Below, in pieces: positions 7,862 through 15,037 of a stretch of 32,000 nt of DNA (position 1 is its first letter; each line of letters begins with the position of its first letter). Under the pieces are notes generated by a model. That model was given only the letters and a program-made list of their open reading frames with translations. It was not told where the DNA came from and did no database searches. The translations under genes and the position numbers were made by a program. The stretch lies in NCBI RefSeq assembly GCF_026241135.1, contig NZ_JAPFGA010000003.1, positions 252,956 through 284,955 of the forward strand. Reading direction: 5' to 3'. Source of the DNA: Galbibacter sp. EGI 63066 (lineage in GTDB: Bacteria; Bacteroidota; Bacteroidia; Flavobacteriales; Flavobacteriaceae).

Positions 7862-7908
7862 TTAATGTATTTGATAAAATTATAAAAATTAGCTTACAAA
7901 TACATTAA
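7862..7908. promoter_or_regulatory. perfect 12-bp inverted repeat just upstream of the peroxidase start codon
   Basis: ttaatgtatttg (7862..7873) and caaatacattaa (7897..7908) are exact reverse complements separated by 23 nt. The proximal arm starts 11 nt from the ATG (7851). Confidence 0.45.
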
Positions 7909-8321
7909 AACTCAATTCCATCTGAAATAAATTTCACCTGTTCATTTTTTTATTCACCTCTTTTTTATTGTTTTTATAGGTGTTCATGATTGCTGTGCAA
8001 TTCATTGATGAAAAAACCCTTCGGCTACGCTCAGGATAAACCAAGCCAAAAAAATCTAGGCTGGCGATAAAAACATAAGAAAATACTACAGAACCCACCG
8101 CCACAGATGAAAATAAACTCCCCAGACGCTTGCCAACGTCACGGCCAGTTCAATGTGCAGTCTGGGTCAAACAGATTTTCATCTTCAATCCCCCACTGCT
8201 TCCTTGATTTTCAATATTTTTATCGTAGGCCTAAGCCAAAACCACAAACATTGAAATTTCATCTAAAAATAGCTAGTTCAGTATATTCAATAGTTCAATA
8301 AAACGTCATAGAGGCTATTAA

Positions 8322-11300
8322 TCAAATACCATTCTTTAATCCTGAGGAACCGTTTGTTTTATAATAATGCTTACGGTAGCGCCAATAGCTGACAGCTCCC
8401 AGCACGATAACAAACGCCACAGAATACCAAATAAAGGCCGGTGTTATCACTTTATCACCACTGGCGTAAGAATGCAGTCCGGAAAGGTAGAAATTCACCC
8501 CAAAATAGGTCATCATAATACTGGCATAAGCCACAATACTGGCAAAACTGAATGCCCATCGGCCTCTTAATCCCGGAACCAACCTCATGTGTACCACAAA
8601 AGCGTAGACCATAACACTAATCAACGCCCAGGTTTCTTTAGGATCCCAACCCCAATAGCGTCCCCAACTTTCGTTGGCCCATTGTCCTCCGAGAAATGTT
8701 CCGATAGCCAACATCACAATACCGACGGTTAGGACCAATTCATTTATAATAACAAGTTCCTGAATGCTCAATTCCATTTTAGCCTTGTTCTTTTTGGTCG
8801 TAAAAATCATCAGGAACAGTGTTACCACCCCAAGAATCATTCCCAAGGTAAAAGGTCCGTAGCTTCCCACAATAATGGCTACGTGGATCATAAGCCAATA
8901 ACTATCCAACACCGGTTGCAGGTTGGCAATGGCCGGATCCAACCAATTCATATGCGCTCCAAAGAGGATAAGCGCCGTTACAAAAGCGGTCGCGGCAATG
9001 GTAAGGTCACTTTTTCTCGCGAATAGGAGTCCGAGTGCCATTGTACTCCAGGCCACATAAAGCACACTTTCATAGGCATCACTCCAAGGTGCATGTCCGC
9101 TGATATACCAGCGGGCAATCAATCCGGCTGTTTGCAGGATGAACATGATGAAGATGGCTATTTTACTAATGGTAATCAGGCTGCGGATTACTTTTGAGTC
9201 TTTAAATATCTGAGTAATGATAAATGCGAACATGACGATCCCTACAATCATATACCAAACCAACAATTCCTGGAAGATATTGATCTCATTATACATCACC
9301 TCCACTTTCACTTTAGTATCTGAAGGCAGCACCTCAGCACCATAATTTTGTTGGTTTTGCCTGAATGCTTTCAGTATTTTATCGGCTTGCGAATAATCTC
9401 CGGTAGCTTTAGCCTCTCGGAGTGCCATTACATAAAAAGGTAAGGATTTATCGATAAAATTGGCATAAAGGGAATCTTTTATCTGAACATCCCCTTTTTG
9501 ATAATCGGTAGCCGAAATCCATTTGTTGTTTTTGTCATTGGGCAAAGGATACATTCTAAGGATCTCCCCTCCCAAAGCTTGATTGATCAATCCCAGTTTA
9601 AGGTCGAACTCCCTAAATGCTTTTTCAAATTGATTGGGTGTATTGGTTGCATAAGCATCCTGTAAATAGGGTGATAGTTTATAACTGGTACCTTCAAAGA
9701 AATCGATCGCCTTTACGTATTTCTGTTCCGAAGGCACATCGATAATAGTGCGGATACTGTCATTTTTCTTGGTGATATAAATGAATTCAACATTATACCA
9801 CAAGGCAGGATTCTGGATCATGGAAAGCAAGGCCTGATTGGCATCCATCCCCTTGAAAGTGTCCGATTTTGTCAGTTTACGAAGTAATTCCGACGCAAAA
9901 GTGTTGACCGGCTTCATTCTCCCTTGGTCATCCTGAATGACCAATTTTCCAAACTTAGCCGCATGCTCTTTATTTACAATGGTGGTCTTCAAAACAGAAT
10001 CCACCTGATGTCTTGTCGGTGCAGCGACATGAGTGTGTTCCTGTTGCCCTTGTTCCTGCTCGACTGTTTCATGTACATGTCCGTCTCCTTCTGTATGTAC
10101 GTGTTCTTCTTGCGCCAGACCACTAAAAGCAGTAAACAGTACAGCAACGACAGTCAAAGCTGCTTTATTAGACTTTACTTTTTTAAGCATTTCGCCCAAT
10201 TTCCTAAAACGGGTCTTGCCAAAGAACATGGTTCCAATAAGTCCCAAATACAACAAAGCATAACCGATATAAGTCACCCAGGTCCCCCAGAAATCGTGAT
10301 TTACGGAAAGAATGGTTCCTTTTTCATCAGGGTCGAATCCAGACTGAAAAAAACGATAGCCTCCGTGATCCAAAATATGGTTCATATAAATATCATAATC
10401 GAAAGAGCGCGTATCGTTAACAGTAACTTTACTCTTAAAAGAAGAATATCCTTTTTCAGTTCCCGGATATTTTTCAGCAATAAAATCATTCAACTTGATA
10501 CTGAATGGCAGTTGGTGCCTAATGGACCCGTAAGCCAAATGAAAATCGAGTCCGCCTACTTTTACAGTCTTCGGATCGTTGATATAGCCCATACCTCCCA
10601 ACAAACGTACTTGTTTTGTCTCTCCGTTTGAGGAAACATCCAAAATAAGGGCATCTTGTATGTTTTCTCTTTTCTGCTCTGCTTCCACCACGCCATAGTG
10701 TCCTTTCACCACCGGATCGGGAAAAACAAACTGCATTCCCGCCGCATTGTAAAGTGATCTGTACATCAACTCCTGGACGCTGTCTTTTACAACCTCCCCT
10801 TGATGTTGATCGGCCATACGCATAAAAGTTCCTTCAAAAGGAGATTCAATCGTACTCACAGAATCATTTATGACAATATTAATGGCGCCCGGGGTTTGTT
10901 TATTAAAAGCAAACAAAACATTGTGGATACTAGCCACTTCAGCTTTTTTCAAATAGTGATCGTGCCTGTTCCCTCCTCCGGCTTCAACGATTTTCAGGTA
11001 TTCTTCTCCGGTTTCATCTTCTATCAGGCCTTCTTCAGCGCCTTGAATAAACCCAGCATAAGAAATCGTAAACGGTTGTCCGTTAAAATCGAATTTCCAA
11101 GGAAGTGAGGCCTGTATGGCTTCAGGTGTGACTTTAATTTCATCCTGAAGGGGTTTACGTCTATCTTCCCCATTGATTTCCCCATCGACAAAAGCCGAAA
11201 CATATTTTTCCCGTGTCAGGATATAATCAGCTGATTCACCTTCACGGATTGGCATAGAACCTTCAAAACTAAAATAGCGGGTGATAAACGCTCCGGAAAT

Positions 11301-11567
11301 AATCAAAATAAAAGACAAGTGCAGCATCAAAATCGGCCACTGCCCTATTTTTAATAAATTGTATCGTTTTATATTTCCGATGAAATTGACAACAAAAAGC
11401 AGCATCATCGCCTCAAACCACCAGGTGTCATAAATCCATATCATGGCGGTTTCCGTGCTGTACCAAGTTTCTATAAATGTACCAAACGCCATAGCCGTTG
11501 CAAAAGCAACAAAAAGTATGGCCATCAAACGTGTAGAAAAAATGAATTTTTTAAGGGAATCTAACAT
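8322..11567 (-). CDS. ccsBA: fused system-II cytochrome c biogenesis protein (ResB/CcsB N-terminal + CcsA C-terminal)
   Basis: 1081-aa polytopic ORF with a ResB-like N-terminal half. The C-terminal half carries the tryptophan-rich haem-handling motif (WGRYWGWDPKETW) flanked by conserved His residues. Confidence 0.9.
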   Translation of the reverse strand: MLDSLKKFIFSTRLMAILFVAFATAMAFGTFIETWYSTETAMIWIYDTWWFEAMMLLFVVNFIGNIKRYNLLKIGQWPILMLHLSFILIISGAFITRYFSFEGSMPIREGESADYILTREKYVSAFVDGEINGEDRRKPLQDEIKVTPEAIQASLPWKFDFNGQPFTISYAGFIQGAEEGLIEDETGEEYLKIVEAGGGNRHDHYLKKAEVASIHNVLFAFNKQTPGAINIVINDSVSTIESPFEGTFMRMADQHQGEVVKDSVQELMYRSLYNAAGMQFVFPDPVVKGHYGVVEAEQKRENIQDALILDVSSNGETKQVRLLGGMGYINDPKTVKVGGLDFHLAYGSIRHQLPFSIKLNDFIAEKYPGTEKGYSSFKSKVTVNDTRSFDYDIYMNHILDHGGYRFFQSGFDPDEKGTILSVNHDFWGTWVTYIGYALLYLGLIGTMFFGKTRFRKLGEMLKKVKSNKAALTVVAVLFTAFSGLAQEEHVHTEGDGHVHETVEQEQGQQEHTHVAAPTRHQVDSVLKTTIVNKEHAAKFGKLVIQDDQGRMKPVNTFASELLRKLTKSDTFKGMDANQALLSMIQNPALWYNVEFIYITKKNDSIRTIIDVPSEQKYVKAIDFFEGTSYKLSPYLQDAYATNTPNQFEKAFREFDLKLGLINQALGGEILRMYPLPNDKNNKWISATDYQKGDVQIKDSLYANFIDKSLPFYVMALREAKATGDYSQADKILKAFRQNQQNYGAEVLPSDTKVKVEVMYNEINIFQELLVWYMIVGIVMFAFIITQIFKDSKVIRSLITISKIAIFIMFILQTAGLIARWYISGHAPWSDAYESVLYVAWSTMALGLLFARKSDLTIAATAFVTALILFGAHMNWLDPAIANLQPVLDSYWLMIHVAIIVGSYGPFTLGMILGVVTLFLMIFTTKKNKAKMELSIQELVIINELVLTVGIVMLAIGTFLGGQWANESWGRYWGWDPKETWALISVMVYAFVVHMRLVPGLRGRWAFSFASIVAYASIMMTYFGVNFYLSGLHSYASGDKVITPAFIWYSVAFVIVLGAVSYWRYRKHYYKTNGSSGLKNGI

Positions 11568-11604
11568 CGGAATGTTCTATTTTTAGCAGTTAAATTTCAG
11601 TCCG

Positions 11605-11612
11605 CAAAAATA
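11605..11612 (-). promoter_or_regulatory. candidate -7 box (TATTTTTG) for ccsBA, embedded in a hairpin
   Basis: The reverse complement is an exact TAnnTTTG match 38 nt upstream of the ccsBA ATG. It lies within the perfect 8-bp hairpin cgcaaaaa/tttttgcg (11603..11625). Confidence 0.35.
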
Positions 11613-11687
11613 ATGTGTTTTTGCGACTTAAAGCGTTAATTTTGGATATTATTAAGATATGACTCCCCTTCGAGTATTTTTAAATCA

Positions 11688-12740
11688 TTATAATGCTACT
11701 TTTATTTCTTTTTCTGTTCCAAACACCAGTTTGTACAGTATAAAAGTGTTCTCTACGGGCGCCGGACTCAATAGAACAACATATTCATTCTGGTCTTCCA
11801 ATTCCTTAAACTCTTCATAAGGCAGCAATTCTTTATACTCTTCTATTGTAATATCCAGGTGGTTTTTAAAAATCTTATAATTATCCTCAAAAATTTCAAT
11901 TTTGTCGAATGGTAAGACTTCAACATCCTTATATCTCTCGTCTTTTTCCTTTAATTCGGCTAATTCGGTTGCGGAATAAGGTACTTGTCGGTGTTTACCG
12001 TCTTCAGAAAGGTTAATCAATTCAATATTCATTATTTCCTCTTCTGCCTCTTCGGTCAGTTCATCTATAACAACCTTATTTTGGAAAATATCTATCAGAA
12101 GGTATTCATTTCCTCCTAATTTGAATTTCTTCCCAATATCTTGTTTTGACAACTCAACCGTTTCATATCCCGTCATAAACTGAACAGCATATTCTGCGCT
12201 GCCTGTGACATCATTCACATTTTGAATTTCGCTTAAAATCTCGTTTCGTAAACTTAAAGAGCGATAATCATCATTCGAAGTTTCCTCGTTTATATCGAAG
12301 AAGTTATTATCGCCTTCATAAACTGTAACCCCCTCTATTTCCTGAATCTCAACCGGAACATCCTTTTCATATATTTTGGTATCGATTAATGAAACTTCTA
12401 CACCATCGACCATTCCATCACCCTCTCCCAAGCGTGGAAATTCGGCCTTCAACATCAAATTCTTCCATATCAACCCGTATTCAATTTTAATCACAGCATT
12501 TTTTTGCAATGAATCCAATATGGAATTAATAGTCTCTGAGGAAATCACATTAGCTCCAAATTCTTCATTAATATCAATAGGCACTTCTTTATATGCGTAT
12601 GTGGGTTCTTTAAATACTTCTTTATTCATCTCAAAGAAAAAAGAATATATCATTTTTATTTCTTCTTCTGAAGTTTCCTCTTGAGAGAATCCATAATTAC
12701 ATATCATAAAAATGAGTATTGCAGGTATTAGTTTTTTCAT
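11688..12740 (-). CDS. secreted, highly acidic hypothetical protein (no family recognised)
   Basis: 350-aa ORF with an N-terminal signal peptide (MKKLIPAILIFMICNYGFS/QEE). It is very rich in Glu/Asp/Lys/Ile and I recognise no motif. The long uninterrupted frame and the signal peptide support coding. Confidence 0.65.
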   Translation of the reverse strand: MKKLIPAILIFMICNYGFSQEETSEEEIKMIYSFFFEMNKEVFKEPTYAYKEVPIDINEEFGANVISSETINSILDSLQKNAVIKIEYGLIWKNLMLKAEFPRLGEGDGMVDGVEVSLIDTKIYEKDVPVEIQEIEGVTVYEGDNNFFDINEETSNDDYRSLSLRNEILSEIQNVNDVTGSAEYAVQFMTGYETVELSKQDIGKKFKLGGNEYLLIDIFQNKVVIDELTEEAEEEIMNIELINLSEDGKHRQVPYSATELAELKEKDERYKDVEVLPFDKIEIFEDNYKIFKNHLDITIEEYKELLPYEEFKELEDQNEYVVLLSPAPVENTFILYKLVFGTEKEIKVAL

Positions 12741-12881
12741 GCTTACTATATTTGTTTGACTAAACGATTTATGGAACTGATTTCAACCAGTTCATGATAT
12801 CAAATATAAACGTTAATTTATATTCTACATGTTTTATTTAGCTGAAATCAATAACTCAATATCATTCCGTAATTTAGCAGC

Positions 12882-13649
12882 ATGTTAAACACTGTTCTAC
12901 TTGGAGGAGGGAATATAGCCCATCATTTGTTTGTTGTTATACGCGAACTTACATCTGTTAACTTGATTCAATGTTACAACAGAAATATCGAGGCTATCAA
13001 AAGTTTCGAGAAACACCTAGAAATAACAGACGACCTCAATAAACTGAAAGATGCCGATCTGTACATCATTGCAGTAAGCGATAACGCCATTGCAGAGGTT
13101 TCTGCAACGCTTCCCTTTTCCGACAGACTTGTAGTTCACACCTCCGGAAGTATGCCCATGAACGAGTTGGCCGAAAAGAACAGAAGAGGTGTTTTTTATC
13201 CGCTTCAGACTTTCAGCAAAGAAAAGCCGGTGGATTTTTCAGAAATCCCCATTTGCCTTGAAGCTGAAAACCAAAAAGACTTGAATACCCTCAAAACATT
13301 AGCCAATGCCCTTTCTGATAAAGTTTATGAAATGAATTCCCATCAGCGGAAAACCCTACATATCGCTGCAGTTTTTGTCAATAATTTTGTGAATCACCTG
13401 TATTACATCGGAAACGATTTGTGTGAAAAAGACAAGATTCCGTTCGAGATTCTTCATCCGTTAATCAAGGAGACTTCAGAAAAACTAATGAAAGTAAATC
13501 CGAAAGAAGCACAAACCGGTCCGGCTATCAGAAACGATATAAAAACCATAAATTCGCATCTCGATCAAATCGAAAACAACGCATATAAAGACATCTATAA
13601 AATATTAACAGCATCTATTATAAACACCTATGGAAGAGAAGAGTTATAA
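12882..13649 (+). CDS. Rossmann-like / DUF2520 domain protein (predicted NAD(P)-binding)
   Basis: 255-aa ORF with an N-terminal GGGNIA dinucleotide-binding loop and a C-terminal half like DUF2520. It overlaps the next gene by 20 nt. Confidence 0.75.
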   Translation: MLNTVLLGGGNIAHHLFVVIRELTSVNLIQCYNRNIEAIKSFEKHLEITDDLNKLKDADLYIIAVSDNAIAEVSATLPFSDRLVVHTSGSMPMNELAEKNRRGVFYPLQTFSKEKPVDFSEIPICLEAENQKDLNTLKTLANALSDKVYEMNSHQRKTLHIAAVFVNNFVNHLYYIGNDLCEKDKIPFEILHPLIKETSEKLMKVNPKEAQTGPAIRNDIKTINSHLDQIENNAYKDIYKILTASIINTYGREEL

Positions 13650-14160
13650 AGAATACCTTGAACATATCACTACTTTTGTTTTTGACGTCGATGGTGTATT
13701 GACAGACGGCACCATGGTTATCACTACCGACGGACATATGTTACGCAACATGAACGTTAAAGACGGTTATGCGATGAAAACTGCTATCGACAAAGGCTAT
13801 AACATCTGCATTATTTCCGGTGGGAAGAACGAAGGCGTACGACAACGCCTACGCGGACTCGGAATCACGGATATTCACCTAGGTGCAAGCGATAAGGTTA
13901 GCGATCTAGAGGAATATTTTGATGTCTACAATATTAAGTCCGAAAACGTGCTCTATATGGGTGACGATATCCCTGATTATCACGTCATGAAAATGGTAGG
14001 TATGCCTTGCTGTCCTAACGATGCCGTTGCCGAGATCAAGGAAATTTCAAAATACATTTCCCATAAACAAGGCGGTAAAGGTTGTGTAAGGGATGTTATA
14101 GAACAGGTATTGAAAGTACAAGGCAAATGGAATAATAGCTTTGATGCTACGATTGAGTAA
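13630..14160 (+). CDS. kdsC: KDO 8-phosphate phosphatase (HAD-IIIA, KdsC-type)
   Basis: 176 aa with HAD motif I FVFDVDGVLTDG and a C-terminal YMGDDIPD. Size and layout are typical of KdsC. Confidence 0.82.
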   Translation: MEEKSYKEYLEHITTFVFDVDGVLTDGTMVITTDGHMLRNMNVKDGYAMKTAIDKGYNICIISGGKNEGVRQRLRGLGITDIHLGASDKVSDLEEYFDVYNIKSENVLYMGDDIPDYHVMKMVGMPCCPNDAVAEIKEISKYISHKQGGKGCVRDVIEQVLKVQGKWNNSFDATIE

Positions 14161-14224
14161 AATTCCAAATTCCAAGCACTAAATTCCAACAACGAACAAC
14201 CAACAACTATCAACAAAATCCTCC

Positions 14225-14818
14225 ATGCTACTCAACGAACAATTAAAAAAACACCATATCATTTTGGCTTCGGGTTCGCCGAGAAGGCAACAGTTCTTCA
14301 AAGAACTCGGCCTCGATTTTGAAGTACGTTTAAAAAAAGTAGAAGAGGTCTACCCCAAACGTCTCTTTAAATATGAGATTTCCGATTATCTGGCACAACT
14401 AAAAGCCTTGCCATTCAAAGAAGAGTTGAAGGAAAGTGATATCCTGATCACTTCAGATACCATTGTTTGGCATGAAAACAAGGCTTTAGGAAAACCAAAA
14501 AGTAAAGAAGAGGCCATCAAAATGCTGGAATCGCTCTCCGGACAAATGCACGAAGTGATTACTTCAGTTTGTTTTACTACCTCGAGATTGGAAAAAACTA
14601 TCAATCATATTACCAAAGTCTTTTTTAAGGAATTGACAGCTGAAGAAATTGATTATTACGTAACAAATTATAAACCCTTTGACAAAGCCGGTGCCTATGG
14701 CATTCAGGAATGGATCGGACAAATCGGTATCAAAAAAATAGAGGGATCATACTTTAATGTGGTCGGACTACCGGTTTATGAGGTGTACAGAACCCTCAAC
14801 AGCTTGGTGAATCCATAA
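14225..14818 (+). CDS. maf: Maf-family nucleoside triphosphate pyrophosphatase
   Basis: 197 aa with ILASGSPRRQQFF.., ..DTIV.., ..KAGAYGIQ.. blocks characteristic of Maf. Confidence 0.88.
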   Translation: MLLNEQLKKHHIILASGSPRRQQFFKELGLDFEVRLKKVEEVYPKRLFKYEISDYLAQLKALPFKEELKESDILITSDTIVWHENKALGKPKSKEEAIKMLESLSGQMHEVITSVCFTTSRLEKTINHITKVFFKELTAEEIDYYVTNYKPFDKAGAYGIQEWIGQIGIKKIEGSYFNVVGLPVYEVYRTLNSLVNP

Positions 14819-14828
14819 CAAAGAGATT

Positions 14829-14965
14829 GTCTAAAAAGCCCTTGGTGAATTTGATTTGTCACCCTGAGTTTGTCGAAGGGCTATCGAAAGGCTGTCGAAG
14901 ACATATTGAATTTCATAAACTATACTTCGACAAGTTCAGTATGACATCTAAATTGGCAGACAGCC
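14829..14965. repeat. palindromic MITE/REP-like intergenic element, copy B (inverted relative to copy A, with internal duplication)
   Basis: It aligns with the reverse complement of 974..1097, for example gtct[a/g]aaaagccct[t/a]ggtgaatttgatttgtcaccctgag, then ..gtcgaagacatattgaatttca.., then ..tatacttcgaca.gttcagtatgacatct.aatt.. Arms are 14858..14878 and 14925..14945. About 23 nt (..gtcgaagggctatcgaaagg..) are absent from copy A. Confidence 0.8.
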
Positions 14966-15002
14966 TCTTATGAGTAGTAATTTTCAATAAAAAAAATTCA
15001 TG

Positions 15003-15010
15003 TACTTTTG
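15003..15010 (+). promoter_or_regulatory. candidate -7 box (TACTTTTG)
   Basis: Exact TAnnTTTG match 28 nt upstream of the ATG at 15038. The identical octamer recurs ahead of the SAM-hydrolase gene and mnmE. Confidence 0.45.
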
Positions 15011-15037
15011 AGGGGTAATCTAATCTCAAACAGGAAC

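Noticed and set aside
8107-8301. 64-aa plus-strand ORF in the ccsBA-peroxidase gap.
   Set aside because: It has no promoter motif, signal or domain features, and its composition looks like random translation of non-coding DNA.
9924-10631. Long antisense ORFs inside large genes: 235 aa here opposite ccsBA, 219 aa at 15608..16267 opposite the S9 peptidase, and 192 aa at 21151..21729 opposite the symporter.
   Set aside because: Each lies wholly within, and antisense to, a gene with strong family motifs. Their translations are low-complexity with no recognisable domains. They are typical shadow ORFs.
15008-15037. Upstream alternative starts offered by the ORF track: TTG 15008 for the S9 peptidase, TTG 30497 for mnmE, ATG 17500 for the PIG-L protein and ATG 21839 for the oxidoreductase.
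   Set aside because: The TTG starts overlap exact TAnnTTTG -7 boxes and would add residues ahead of canonical N-termini or signal peptides. ATG 17500 lies only 6 nt past a -7 box. ATG 21839 would add 12 residues ahead of the Rossmann N-terminus and deepen the overlap with the symporter.
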